A stretch of DNA of 59,038 nucleotides from a bacterium (GCA_027592325.1 JAQCKO010000006.1:1-59038); one strand, 5' to 3'. Numbered from the stretch's first letter, positions 28,585 through 38,863 are shown. Program-made: numbers and translations. Notes: generated by a model from the sequence alone, not told the origin.

Positions 28585-28783
28585 GCGTATTTATGATACC
28601 AGAAATCGTTAACGCATACCGCACCATACGCCCAAACAGCAAACAAAAGCCTATAAAAAACATGGTGACACCAAACCATCCTAACATAAAAAGCGGTATA
28701 AAGAACCAGCGAGCATACACGCAAAGAAGCGCAAACTGCACAAACAGATTGAATGTTTTCGAGTTGGGCAATTCATGCTTCAT
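28556..28783 (-). CDS. Small membrane hypothetical protein
   Basis: Hydrophobic ORF that fills the gap and overlaps the murE stop. Confidence 0.45.
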   Translation of the reverse strand: MKHELPNSKTFNLFVQFALLCVYARWFFIPLFMLGWFGVTMFFIGFCLLFGRMVRYALTISGIINTHVKILRKEH

Positions 28784-30083
28784 ACGCATCGATTGCCTTC
28801 TTTGCGACGGTTATGTCGCTCCATGCAATCTTCTCTCCTCCTGCAACGGCCATTACAGGTTCAGAACCCTTCCCTGTAATAAGTACGGCATCTCCCGATT
28901 TTGCTATCGAAATTGCGTATTGTATCGCCTGCTTACGATCGTCAATCAAAAAGAGATCTTCGCCTTCAACTTTCCCACCCTGCTCGGCACCTTTTGCAAC
29001 CGCTTCGATGATTGTTCGTGGGTTTTCATCGTACGGATCTTCATTTGTCACAATCACAATATCCTCCTGTTCCGCAGCGAGCCTGCCAATAATCGCTCTT
29101 CGTGCCACATCACGGCCACCACCAGCCGAACCATGAACACCTATAATACGCTTCGGGTTAAATTTTGCGGTTGATTCATACAATGCTTGAAGCGCATATG
29201 GCTCGTAGGCATAGTCAACAATGACATAAATATCATGTGGATTTTCAATCAATTGAAATCGTCCTTCTATTGCATGCAGCTGCTCCGAGGCTCGGGCCAG
29301 TTTAGAAATAGGAAACCCCATCCCATAGAGTGTTGAAAGTGCGGCAAATGCATTTTTTTGCTGAAAATTTGCTGCCAGAGGAATATCAATTTTTTGCTCA
29401 TCTAAGGTAACAGTAATTCCGGTTTTTCTCTCGTTGATCTGTTTAGCCGCGACATCTCCTTTTCCATTGAGCGAGTACCTGAAAACTTCATCGGCTTTAA
29501 AGTTGGCGAAGTAATCGCTATATTCATCATCTTTATTCACGAAAATGATTTTCGGTATACGCTTCCCACCAATTGTTTTATGTGGACGTTTTGTGAGATG
29601 TCGGAAGAGTTTCCCTTTCGCTTTTTTGTAATGTTCAAATCCACCATGTGCTTCAATATGCTCTGGGGTCAGATTGGTAAATACCGCTACATCGTAATTA
29701 ATCCCAATATGTCGGAATTGTGCAAGACCTTGCGATGACGTTTCTATAATCGCATATCGACACCCATTGTTGACCATTTTTCTCAGCAGTCGCTGCAAGA
29801 CAAAACGACCCGGCATGGTCATTTTCATTCGATTTTCAATATCTTCACCGGCGATGCAAAATCCAGCAGTTGTTGTATAGCCAACTCTCTCACCAAGAGC
29901 CTCAAGCAATTGTGCCATGAACTGAACCGTCGATGATTTTCCATTTGTTCCTGTTACGCCAATAATAATCAACTTACGTGACGGAAATCCATAACAAATC
30001 ATTGCAAATACAGCCAAAACATAATGATAGACTTGCAAAATGGGCTGCGGAATAATTTGTTTGATTCTGTGTACCAATGACAT
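28773..30083 (-). CDS. murE: UDP-N-acetylmuramoyl-tripeptide synthetase
   Basis: GVTGTNGKSS, ETSSQG, TNLTPEHIE, VDYAYEP, GGGRD, TGKG. Confidence 0.9.
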   Translation of the reverse strand: MSLVHRIKQIIPQPILQVYHYVLAVFAMICYGFPSRKLIIIGVTGTNGKSSTVQFMAQLLEALGERVGYTTTAGFCIAGEDIENRMKMTMPGRFVLQRLLRKMVNNGCRYAIIETSSQGLAQFRHIGINYDVAVFTNLTPEHIEAHGGFEHYKKAKGKLFRHLTKRPHKTIGGKRIPKIIFVNKDDEYSDYFANFKADEVFRYSLNGKGDVAAKQINERKTGITVTLDEQKIDIPLAANFQQKNAFAALSTLYGMGFPISKLARASEQLHAIEGRFQLIENPHDIYVIVDYAYEPYALQALYESTAKFNPKRIIGVHGSAGGGRDVARRAIIGRLAAEQEDIVIVTNEDPYDENPRTIIEAVAKGAEQGGKVEGEDLFLIDDRKQAIQYAISIAKSGDAVLITGKGSEPVMAVAGGEKIAWSDITVAKKAIDAYEA

Positions 30084-30089
30084 ACCAGC

Positions 30090-31550
30090 CTACAGTTTTC
30101 TCACCTCTTCGCGGAATTGCTCTCCCCTGTCAAATTCGTTCTGAAACATATTAAAGCTTGCTGCTCCTGGCGAAAGAAGCACAATATCGCCCGTTGCAGA
30201 TACAGCCTTCGCACCCGTCACTGCTTCTTCCATACTCGTTGCATGACTGACAGGAACCCGCCCAGCAATCGCCTTTTCAATCGCTTCAGAGGCGTCCCCG
30301 TCAAAAAGCACCACATGCTTACAAGTCTTCATTATTTCGTCTGCCAGCTCGCTGTATTCCCCATTGACTTTATCAACACCTCCCGCTATGAGAACGATAT
30401 CCCCATCTGCACCAAATGTTTTTAACGCCACAATAACGGCACCCGGATTCGTCGCGGTTGTATCGTTAATATAGGTGATTTCGTCTACCTCGCGAACAAG
30501 TTCCTGCCTGTCAGAGACACCCACAAATGTTTTCAGAGTTTCTTGGACATGCGAAAGATCAATCCCGTACAGGAGCGCCGCCGCAATACTCGTAAGCACA
30601 TTTTCTAAATTATGCTCACCCTTTAGCGCAACTTCATTGCGCGCAATGACATCAATTTCTGTTCCATCTTGCATCAATGCAATACGGCCATTCTCTTTTA
30701 CATAACATCCATTCCCTTCTTGCGTTATTTTTGATGCCCAGAAAAGATGCGCATGTGCATCAGCCGACATAAGCCGCGTTGTTTCTTGATCATAATTCAA
30801 AACGGTAAATTGATCGTTTGCTTGATACTGAAAAATAATACTCTTCGATGCCACATAATCACCAAATGATTCATACCGATTCAAGTGATCGGGAAACACA
30901 TTGGTGACAACCGATACTTGTGGACCGCGCCCCAGTTCTTGAAAAACTCCTGGGAGACTTTCAAGCATCCACGAAGAAAGCTCAAGAACGATAGGAATCT
31001 CCTCTCCGTTTTTCAGTAAATCGTCTAAAAATTCAAGGGGAGAAGTATTAATATTCCCCGCGATAACCGCTTCTGGATGTTGTTTTTTGAGCATTTCGCC
31101 GAGCATCTTTGTTGTCGTCGTTTTTCCTTTTGTTCCAGTAACAGCAATAGTCGGAAACGGACAATAACGAAAAAAGAGACTAACGTCGGACTCTATGGCA
31201 ACACCGTTCTTTCTTGCTTCTTGTACAAATTCAGATTCACTCGGCACACCAGGATTCTGCACAACACAATCAGCATCCACAAAATCATCTTTTCGATGTT
31301 CGCCTAGAACAAAAATCGGCTGATAAATGGTGCGCTCAGGATACTCATTCCGATATTTTTCATACCATTCCATCACGAGCGACATTGACTCTTCAAGCTC
31401 TTCTTCATCTTTCAGGTCGGTAATAATCGTCTGTGCGCCGTGTCGAATAAGCCATTTTGCTGCGCCCATGCCGCTTCCTCGCTTATACCTCCCAAGTCCC
31501 ATCACGGTCACCACGGCATCTTGAAAATTCTCAATTTTGCTTAAATCCAT
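30090..31550 (-). CDS. murD: UDP-N-acetylmuramoyl-L-alanine--D-glutamate ligase
   Basis: QNPGVP, AVTGTKGKTTT, ELSSWML, INDTTATN, LLSPGAASFNMF. Confidence 0.95.
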   Translation of the reverse strand: MDLSKIENFQDAVVTVMGLGRYKRGSGMGAAKWLIRHGAQTIITDLKDEEELEESMSLVMEWYEKYRNEYPERTIYQPIFVLGEHRKDDFVDADCVVQNPGVPSESEFVQEARKNGVAIESDVSLFFRYCPFPTIAVTGTKGKTTTTKMLGEMLKKQHPEAVIAGNINTSPLEFLDDLLKNGEEIPIVLELSSWMLESLPGVFQELGRGPQVSVVTNVFPDHLNRYESFGDYVASKSIIFQYQANDQFTVLNYDQETTRLMSADAHAHLFWASKITQEGNGCYVKENGRIALMQDGTEIDVIARNEVALKGEHNLENVLTSIAAALLYGIDLSHVQETLKTFVGVSDRQELVREVDEITYINDTTATNPGAVIVALKTFGADGDIVLIAGGVDKVNGEYSELADEIMKTCKHVVLFDGDASEAIEKAIAGRVPVSHATSMEEAVTGAKAVSATGDIVLLSPGAASFNMFQNEFDRGEQFREEVRKL

Positions 31551-34176
31551 AGGCTTTCTTTCGAAGATTGTACACGGCTTTTGCCCCCTCAATCAAGACA
31601 AGGTTCAAAATTGCAAGGATAGCAAGGAGAAAGACGTCTTCCGCGCGAATGGAAGTGAATCCAAACAGTGTGCGTAATGCTGGAATAATAACTGGAAACA
31701 CATGAAGGAGGAGGCCACAGAATACGGCTCCCAACAGCCATTTATTCGAAAGAGGTGAGACCTGCCAAATTGGCTGCCGAAGACTGCGAATGGAAAAAAT
31801 GTAAAGAAGCGAATCAATTCCGAGCTTCAAAAAGAGAAGCGTGCGAACGTGTTCAATCTGCAGACCTGATCGCAACATCACAAGATAATATCCAATGAGC
31901 AATACATTGGTCACAATCACAATGACAATGATATATCCAAGCAGTCGCCTACTGAGCACGCGCTCCCCCCTTGGACGTGGCGGTAAATGCATAATGCCTT
32001 TTTCCCCAGGTTCAAATGTAAGAGCGACGCTCGGCAGCCCGTCCGTAACAAGATTAATCCAAAGGATATGAATGGGAAGAAGTGGCATCGGTAGTCCAGC
32101 TGTAAGCGCAACCAAAATAAGCAACACTTCATTCCAAGATCCGGAAAGCAAATACACAACAACTTTGCGAACATTGTCAAAAATGATTCGTCCCTCTTTA
32201 ATCGCCTCAACAATCGTCTTGAAATTATTGTCGAGCAAAACCATGTCGGCCGTTTGTTTTGAGACCTCGGTACCCGAACCAACAGCAAGACCAATGTCCG
32301 CAGCCTTAATCGCAGGTGCGTCATTGACTCCATCTCCCGTCATAGCAACAGTTTCGTTATGACGCCTGAGGGCACGGACAATGCGAAGCTTATGCTCAGG
32401 GACAACACGAGCAAATACTTGAATTCTCTGTACGACGTCAAAAAGCGCATCATCAGAAAGTACATCGATCTCGTTACCAGTGATTACTTGATCGTCATCT
32501 TCAAGAATACCCGCTTGACGTGCAATCGATGCCGCCGTTTCTCTGTGGTCCCCGGTAATCATCACCGGTCGCAGCCCTGCCTGTCTTGCGGAATCAACGG
32601 TCTTTTTTGCCGATTCTCGCAAAGGATCTTGCAGCCCAATCGCTCCTGCAAAATGCAGATCGCAAACATCTTCCTCTGTATATGTGTCGCGTTTTTCCAT
32701 CACGCGTGTCCCGGCGATAAGGACACGCAATCCATTTACTGCCATCGCTTCAGAAAGCCGTAGAATACGGGCATGACCATCGTCGGTCATATCCATCTGC
32801 TTAAGAAGATATTCTGGAGCTCCCATGGCATAAACCGTTACCTCACCATGTTCGTCGAAGAATTTTGCCGAGTATTTTTTCTCAGAATCAAAGCTCACTG
32901 AACCAACACGTTTTCGACCCTCTACTCCCGTCCACAGTTGTTCCTTTCCATTCGTGAGGCGGGAATTCGGCCTTGCAAACGATTCGTAAATGGCGATATC
33001 AGTCGGCGTTCCCGCATACCGGATACTGCCATTCGCCTCTTCAGGAGCAGCATCTTGCGCATGCAAAAAAATGTCTTGAATGATTTTTCCTTCCGGGCTC
33101 TCACGATCAACCAACCCACGCATGCTTCGGAGTTCAACCACGCGCATATCTCCTGTCGTAAGTGTCCCGGTCTTATCCATGCAAATAACAGATACGCTTC
33201 CAAGTGTTTCAGAAGCAACAATGTGACGAACAAGCGCATTCTTTTTCAAAATACGCTGCATTCCAACCGCAAGAATGACGGTTACTCCAACCGCAAGTCC
33301 TTCAGGAATCGCTGAGACAGCAAGTGCCACGGCGATTTCAAGACTATGCACAAAATTGGTCCCACGAAGAAGACTGAGAAGAATAACCACAATTGCAATA
33401 ATGAAAACCATGCCACTCAATACACGCGCGAGCCTGTCGAGTTCTTGTTGCAATGGCGTTTTCTCATCCTGAACCTCTGCAACAAGCGAGCCAATACGCC
33501 CAATTTCTCGCTGATTCCCTGTTGCTGTGACAACAAATTCAGCATTTCCACGCAGAACCGATGTTCCTGCAAAGACCATATTCGTCCTGTCACCAAGCCC
33601 AAGTCTCTCTGTCCTCTGTGCCAGGATACTGGTCATTTTCGCAATCCCCATCGATTCACCCGTTAGAGCAGCTTCATTGACTTCAAACCCTTCTGCCAAA
33701 ACCATCCTTCCATCGGCAGTAATTTGATCACCTTGGTGCAGAATCATCATGTCGCCCGGCACAACCTTAGATACATCAATCACTTTCACGATACCCTCTC
33801 GACGAACGCGCGCTTCTTCAGGTAAATACGATTTTAGCGCTTCAAGCGAACGATCCGCTTTTAACTCTTCAACAAACCCTAACAATACATTTACGATAAT
33901 TGCTGTCGAAATAACGGATACATCAAGCCATTCCGTAAGAAGGGCTGAAAAGCCCGCAGCAACAATAAGCACAATCATGAACGGGCTACGGAATTGTGCA
34001 AAAAACAGATGAACAGGAGAAACCCGCTTTGAATTATGCAGATTATTGCTTCCGTATTCGTGAAACAGTTCTTGGGCGCGCGTATTACTCAATCCATTTT
34101 TTGAACTCGAAAATGCATCTAAAACATCGTCCGAAGTTTGTAAATGCCAAGCAAATTGAGAATCAGAAGCACTCAT
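31531..34176 (-). CDS. Cation-transporting P-type ATPase (type II, Ca2+-like)
   Basis: LTGES, PEGL, DKTGT, TGDGVND, WINLVTD. Confidence 0.95.
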   Translation of the reverse strand: MSASDSQFAWHLQTSDDVLDAFSSSKNGLSNTRAQELFHEYGSNNLHNSKRVSPVHLFFAQFRSPFMIVLIVAAGFSALLTEWLDVSVISTAIIVNVLLGFVEELKADRSLEALKSYLPEEARVRREGIVKVIDVSKVVPGDMMILHQGDQITADGRMVLAEGFEVNEAALTGESMGIAKMTSILAQRTERLGLGDRTNMVFAGTSVLRGNAEFVVTATGNQREIGRIGSLVAEVQDEKTPLQQELDRLARVLSGMVFIIAIVVILLSLLRGTNFVHSLEIAVALAVSAIPEGLAVGVTVILAVGMQRILKKNALVRHIVASETLGSVSVICMDKTGTLTTGDMRVVELRSMRGLVDRESPEGKIIQDIFLHAQDAAPEEANGSIRYAGTPTDIAIYESFARPNSRLTNGKEQLWTGVEGRKRVGSVSFDSEKKYSAKFFDEHGEVTVYAMGAPEYLLKQMDMTDDGHARILRLSEAMAVNGLRVLIAGTRVMEKRDTYTEEDVCDLHFAGAIGLQDPLRESAKKTVDSARQAGLRPVMITGDHRETAASIARQAGILEDDDQVITGNEIDVLSDDALFDVVQRIQVFARVVPEHKLRIVRALRRHNETVAMTGDGVNDAPAIKAADIGLAVGSGTEVSKQTADMVLLDNNFKTIVEAIKEGRIIFDNVRKVVVYLLSGSWNEVLLILVALTAGLPMPLLPIHILWINLVTDGLPSVALTFEPGEKGIMHLPPRPRGERVLSRRLLGYIIVIVIVTNVLLIGYYLVMLRSGLQIEHVRTLLFLKLGIDSLLYIFSIRSLRQPIWQVSPLSNKWLLGAVFCGLLLHVFPVIIPALRTLFGFTSIRAEDVFLLAILAILNLVLIEGAKAVYNLRKKAYGFKQN

Positions 34177-34258
34177 GAGGATAGTATACAGGAGCGTCGG
34201 TATACGGTGTTTAAGGTTCGTTTCGTTATAACGATTGGACAGCTCGGTGTTCTTTCGA

Positions 34259-35380
34259 TTAATGCCTTGCCGTTAAATACACTCCCTCCACCTGCTCTGC
34301 AACCTTATCCCAAGAAAAATCATGCTCAACAATCGCGCGTGCCTCTTCCCCACCATCATGAACACGCGATGTACTCCGAAGAAGCGACTGAAGCTTTTTC
34401 GTTAAATCATCCACATCTCCTTTCTTAAATGTCTCCCCGGATTGCTTAATCGCCTCTTTATTCCCTGCGATATCGGAAACAAGCGGCATCACCCCCGCTG
34501 CCATTGCTTCGAGCACGACAACAGGCAAACCTTCTGAATCGGAAGGATGTACATACAAATATGCTCCGGCAAAAATCTTCTCTACCACATCATGTGGCTG
34601 CCTTCCTAAAAACCGAATCCGATCATCCCCATCCGCTAGGGCAAATAATGCATCAACATAGCGAGCAGTATCGCTTGTATCGCCAACGAGAACGAGTCTG
34701 CGAGTCGTTCTCAGTCGTCGAAACGCCTCAATTAAATAATGTAGGCCTTTTTCTGGCACAAGGCGTCCTACAAACAGGATATACTCTTTCGACTTGATGC
34801 TAAATGCGGCCAGCGCCTGGTCTAAGTCTTTTTTCTTATACGCAACAATCTCTGCGCCATTTGGTATATACACCACCTGTTTTCCGAATGTTTCGCGACA
34901 ATACATCTGAATTTCATGCGAGACGGCAATGGTGTAATGCGGAAAAAGCACTGAAGCACGCTCTGAACATCGCAAATACATCCGGCCAAATAACCCCCAT
35001 TTTGCATGTAACGCATCGCGCGCATGAAAGGTGGCGATGACAGTTGTTTTTGGTCGGAACAGCCGAACAAGCGCACCAAATGTTGACGCACCTACGCCGT
35101 GGTAATGAACAATGTCGTAAGGATGCAGGACTACGTGAAGCGTCGCAACAAAGGCATGTATACCAGCCTCAACCCCTTTTATTGGGATCGTTGGAAGATA
35201 GACAAGTGGAATAGTGTCGATATGCGACTCAGGCTTCGCATAGTATCGCCGACGCGCAGCAACTCGCACGGCATGACCAGCCTTAAGAAGTCGAAGCGAT
35301 ACTTGCCGCACATGCTCCTCAATGCCCCCAAAACGCGTTGCATCGCCAATACCTTTTTGTCCAATCATGAAAATACGCAT
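34259..35380 (-). CDS. Glycosyltransferase family 4
   Basis: GGIEEHV, VGRLVPEKG, PSDSEGLPVVVLEAM. Confidence 0.92.
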   Translation of the reverse strand: MRIFMIGQKGIGDATRFGGIEEHVRQVSLRLLKAGHAVRVAARRRYYAKPESHIDTIPLVYLPTIPIKGVEAGIHAFVATLHVVLHPYDIVHYHGVGASTFGALVRLFRPKTTVIATFHARDALHAKWGLFGRMYLRCSERASVLFPHYTIAVSHEIQMYCRETFGKQVVYIPNGAEIVAYKKKDLDQALAAFSIKSKEYILFVGRLVPEKGLHYLIEAFRRLRTTRRLVLVGDTSDTARYVDALFALADGDDRIRFLGRQPHDVVEKIFAGAYLYVHPSDSEGLPVVVLEAMAAGVMPLVSDIAGNKEAIKQSGETFKKGDVDDLTKKLQSLLRSTSRVHDGGEEARAIVEHDFSWDKVAEQVEGVYLTARH

Positions 35381-35697
35381 AGCAGAAGTATAACAAACCG
35401 TGTACCACCACACCTGGGCGTTAAAAGGGTGCTACATGAACCAAACGCTCCGTAACCAAGTTACGGAATGATGGGTTCATCGTTGATGTTAAACGAGCGA
35501 AGCGATTTTGTCACAACGTTCCGCAGTATGCGAAGTCCCGCCCTTCTTTATCAGCACAAACTTTCACTTCACAACAAATCTAATTTACCGCTTTAAACTC
35601 TCAATTTCAAGAGCGGGATTTGAGTGAAGTGAAGAAGAAATTATTGATTTTTTTCCTTAAATTTAGGGCTTTTTTTAATTTTTTTGTCCTTCGTAAC

Positions 35698-35726
35698 TTG
35701 ACAGGTGGGAAGAGGTCTGCTATGAT
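35698..35726 (+). promoter_or_regulatory. Sigma70 promoter with extended -10
   Basis: TTGACA-17-TATGAT preceded by TG. Confidence 0.75.
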
Positions 35727-35764
35727 GTAAAGTCGCAATTCCGCGACTAATGTAGGAGGACAAC

Positions 35765-36151
35765 ATGAAGTACGCTTTTGTTCGGTACGACGTAAATCGC
35801 AAGGTTGCCGATGGCGGCACCAGCTTCCATAGCGTTCTGATCAAGGGAGAGGCGTCTGAAACCCGCGAATCCTGCCAGAGGTGGATCGAGGAGAACTTCT
35901 CGCCCAACGGCCCGGTCAGGATCCTCTACCGATTCGAGGTACCGGAGGTGTGGACAGAGGATGCGGGCGAGTTCGACGGCTGCCTGAACAGCGCCCTCGA
36001 TGCGGTGACGGGTCTCGACGCACTCACTAACAGTCCTCTGGCGTCCGACCTTCTCGGCGCGATCTTCATGGCGGGGTTCACCTGTGGTATGAGGTTCGAC
36101 TCGGAACTGCAGTCGGCGTTCTACCGAGGTGGCGCAGCCAAGAATAAGTAG
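35765..36151 (+). CDS. Hypothetical protein (antisense minigene inside S1)
   Basis: 128 aa, SD AGGAGG, own promoter, hairpin CGCCCTGTTC/GGACAGGGCG at about 36174-36203. Confidence 0.8.
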   Translation: MKYAFVRYDVNRKVADGGTSFHSVLIKGEASETRESCQRWIEENFSPNGPVRILYRFEVPEVWTEDAGEFDGCLNSALDAVTGLDALTNSPLASDLLGAIFMAGFTCGMRFDSELQSAFYRGGAAKNK

Positions 36152-36296
36152 CTATCGTGTACTTCCGTCAAAGACGCCCTGTTCGAGACATCTTGGACAG
36201 GGCGCTTCACTTTCTGAGAGAAAAAATTGAAAAGAGCCCAATTAAAAATGAAAAGCAAAATCAATAATTTCTTCTTCACGCAACCGCATACTCAGT

Positions 36297-36382
36297 GTTG
36301 TGCGATGTCGCGTAGCGATGAGCACGACAGCGACGATAGGCGCCGCCGTTGTGACGAAGAAGCGAAGCGATTTTGTCACAAC
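36297..36382. repeat. Empty micro-cassette module B + mini-site + D
   Basis: Same module at 43499-43584 and 44632-44717. Confidence 0.8.
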
Positions 36383-36472
36383 GTTTCTGCATATGCGATG
36401 TTTTGCGTAGCAAATATGGGTGAATTGAGTAGGAGGTACGACGACGAACGGACCGCATATTCTGTGTTAGGC
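36376..36472. repeat. attC-like site S2
   Basis: TCACAAC..ATATGCG / CGCATAT..GTTAGGC. Confidence 0.75.
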
Positions 36473-36489
36473 GATGGATAAATAATTTT

Positions 36490-36927
36490 CTATCTATTCA
36501 TGTGAATTGCCAAAACCGTCGGTCTCAATCCTAAAGCGCGGCAGCCGAGGAGTCTGGAATCTCCTGCTAGTAAGTTTGGTTGGTGTCCTTCTCGGAAAAG
36601 AACTACAGGAGCGGGTATGACTGCACCGTTCCTGAGTCCATCTTCGATTTTTTGAAAATCACGTTTGCCTTCCAGATGCTCATGTATTTGTTCACTTGTC
36701 CATGTTGTGTCTCGAGAATCACAATTTTTCATATTTTCCCACTCTTCATCACTAAGCTCCTGTAGCTCTGCTCGTTTGAATGCTTCGATAAGGGAATTAA
36801 GAGCAATTCCAGACTCCTTGGCATGTCTTTCAAGTTCTCCCATTTCTTCTGCAAGTGATGGTTTTAGCCATTGAGGTTTTGGCAATTCATTTTCTGCGCC
36901 AGCTTCATATGATGGAAATTCACTCAT
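36490..36927 (-). CDS. Cassette hypothetical protein (possible ParB/Srx-like C-terminal motif)
   Basis: 145 aa; APVVL...LLAGDSRL loosely resembles ParB-N. Confidence 0.7.
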   Translation of the reverse strand: MSEFPSYEAGAENELPKPQWLKPSLAEEMGELERHAKESGIALNSLIEAFKRAELQELSDEEWENMKNCDSRDTTWTSEQIHEHLEGKRDFQKIEDGLRNGAVIPAPVVLFREGHQPNLLAGDSRLLGCRALGLRPTVLAIHMNR

Positions 36928-36956
36928 ATTGATAGTTTAAAAATTTTAAATCTTTC

Positions 36957-37045
36957 GCCTAACGGCGGCGCCTGATGCGATCGTTTCGAGAGATAAAACC
37001 GAAGGTTTTAGATCGAGAAATGTCGCATAGGCGCTGCCGTTGTGA
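36957..37045. repeat. attC-like site S3 (type A)
   Basis: AACGGCGGCGCCTGATGCGA...TCGCATAGGCGCTGCCGTT; followed by D at 37039-37073. Confidence 0.8.
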
Positions 37046-37066
37046 CGAAGAAGCGAAGCGATTTCG

Positions 37067-37184
37067 TCACAACGTTCGCGCATATGCAGAGTTGTTGCGC
37101 GGTACAATTTAGCGCGGAGCGCTCTACCGCGCAACAATTTGGGTGAGCGACCGCAAGGAGCGAACTGCATATGCGCTGTTGTAC
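37067..37184. repeat. attC-like site S4
   Basis: CGCATATGCAG / CTGCATATGCG arms. Confidence 0.78.
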
Positions 37185-37198
37185 GATGTGCGGCTTTC

Positions 37199-37609
37199 TT
37201 ATTCTTTTACCGGTGTTCCTTGGTGAAATTTTAATTTCCAACCTTTCGGCGTTTTGACCCAGATAGAGCTTCTATTACCTACCTCTACTTCTCCATCATA
37301 CTCAACTTCGCTGGTGTAAGTAACCTGAATGACATCTTGGGCGATGGGGCGCATTTCAAAATTTTTAAAAGGTAGCCTTGCTTTGATTTCATCCCGACGT
37401 GCACCAAGCGTATCTTCCCGTTGGTATATGCGCCCCGATCGCCCGAATTCAAAAAAATCCGGAGCAAGTACACTTTCCATATATACTCTGTCAAATCGTG
37501 TTTCAGCTATCCACATTGAATCTTCAAGCTGCCTTAGTTTTTCACGGTCCTCCTTGCTAATCTCAATCTCTCGTTCGTGGCTCATAGCTAACTCTTTTTT
37601 TGAATTCAT
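37199..37609 (-). CDS. NTF2-like / DUF4440 family protein
   Basis: LAPDFFEFGRSG, RSSIW, WKLKFHQGT. Confidence 0.85.
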   Translation of the reverse strand: MNSKKELAMSHEREIEISKEDREKLRQLEDSMWIAETRFDRVYMESVLAPDFFEFGRSGRIYQREDTLGARRDEIKARLPFKNFEMRPIAQDVIQVTYTSEVEYDGEVEVGNRSSIWVKTPKGWKLKFHQGTPVKE

Positions 37610-37657
37610 ATGTCATTCAGGTTACGTTAGTAAATGATTTTAAGAAAGCCGCATTTC

Positions 37658-37798
37658 GTACAGCGGCGGCGTGTATGAGAAGTTTCGCCGACTTCCTTAT
37701 CCTTATTATAGAGGAAGTGAAATTTGGGTGAAAGAAAAAGTGCAACCTTTGAAAATTATTACGCATTTTTTTCTTGAACCTCATACACGCTGTTATGT
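37658..37798. repeat. attC-like site S5 (R box degenerate: AGC)
   Basis: GCGTGTATGAG / CTCATACACGC arms; closely similar to S6. Confidence 0.72.
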
Positions 37799-38359
37799 GC
37801 TGTTGGTTGCCGATTTAATCGCACTGAATATTGAATGATAATCAATACTTTCAAAGTCGGTAGTGTCTATGTCAAAAACTTTGCCTCCTATATTAAGGGC
37901 CCGATATTCGCCTTTTAGTAGAACTTCTTTGAACTCATCATAGTTTTGATCGTCAACGTGACCTGGATGACGCTCGCGAGATTCCGAACGCTTTTTGAAA
38001 CGCTCAAAGAGAATTTCGCCGTCGGTTTTGCACATTACTTGCATTGCCTGAAAATCATATTTTTTCTGCAAATCAAGGAATCTCTCTTCGTCATATTCAG
38101 GTTTCAGTGGTGTTTCTATGATGAATGAATTTTTTGACTCTAGCAGCGTTTCGATGAGGTGATAGAGAATGTTATAACTTGCAATCCCTAGCTTCTTTGA
38201 CCATTCACGATCTTTCACGCCAAGAGAATCAAAGAGAGATTCCTTGATGTCATCACGACTAATTAAAGGCAGGCGAAATTCTCGTGCTATTTTCTTTGCA
38301 AGAGTCGTTTTTCCGGTACACGGAGGGCCCGATATTATTAAAAGCAAAGTTTTTGACAT
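37793..38359 (-). CDS. P-loop kinase (AAA_33-like)
   Basis: IISGPPCTGKTT; stop TAA inside the GCACATAAC R box. Confidence 0.85.
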   Translation of the reverse strand: MSKTLLLIISGPPCTGKTTLAKKIAREFRLPLISRDDIKESLFDSLGVKDREWSKKLGIASYNILYHLIETLLESKNSFIIETPLKPEYDEERFLDLQKKYDFQAMQVMCKTDGEILFERFKKRSESRERHPGHVDDQNYDEFKEVLLKGEYRALNIGGKVFDIDTTDFESIDYHSIFSAIKSATNST

Positions 38360-38389
38360 GTTTTTATTTTAACTTAGGCAACCAATTGC

Positions 38390-38531
38390 ACATAACGTTT
38401 GCGTGTGTGAGAAGTTTCGCCGACTTTCTTCATTTTATAAATAGAGGGGGCGAAATTTGGGTGAAAGAAATAGTGCAACCTTTGAAAATTATTACGCATT
38501 TTTTTCTTGAACCTCATACACGATGTTGTAC
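38390..38531. repeat. attC-like site S6
   Basis: CGTGTGTGAG / CTCATACACG arms. Confidence 0.78.
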
Positions 38532-38557
38532 GATGTTGCGAGACAACCGTCGTTGCA

Positions 38558-38863
38558 TTATTCCGTTCTATCTAAAATTATTCTTTGCTTAAAACCACCA
38601 CGTTCTTTCGCTTTTTTCTGGCGGACTTCTTCGAGCATCTGCAAATCCACACCTTTCAGAGCGCAAATTGCGTGTAAAACTTCTAAAATATCAGCGGCCT
38701 CTTCCACGCTTGGATTTTCTAGAAATTCACCGACTTCTTCGTGCAACTTGCGCGTCAAAGCTTCCTCGTACTCTTTTTCTTCAGCAATATGAGTAATCGG
38801 CGTCTCACCTTTATTTTGTATGATCTCGGGAATGTTATCCCTGACTAATTTGTTGTATTCCAT
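38558..38863 (-). CDS. MazG-superfamily NTP pyrophosphohydrolase (KLVRD-IPE type)
   Basis: YNKLVRDNIPEII, KLHEEVGEF, EAADILEV, RGGFKQRI. Confidence 0.85.
   Translation of the reverse strand: MEYNKLVRDNIPEIIQNKGETPITHIAEEKEYEEALTRKLHEEVGEFLENPSVEEAADILEVLHAICALKGVDLQMLEEVRQKKAKERGGFKQRIILDRTE

Larger units (their letters stand above)
35511..36303. repeat. attC-like site S1 (giant, contains a gene in its loop)
   Basis: TCACAAC..AGTATGCG / CGCATACT..GTTGTGC; 23-bp inner inverted repeat. Confidence 0.65.

Noticed and set aside
28578-29174. 198-aa + strand ORF (and similar long antisense ORFs at 13823, 45637, 17800)
   Set aside because: Shadow frames of well-supported minus-strand genes.
35448-35467. 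TCCGTAAC-CAA-GTTACGGA hairpin at the array's distal end as an extra attC
   Set aside because: Only a 3-nt loop and no L arms; it could be an ordinary hairpin or a decayed remnant.
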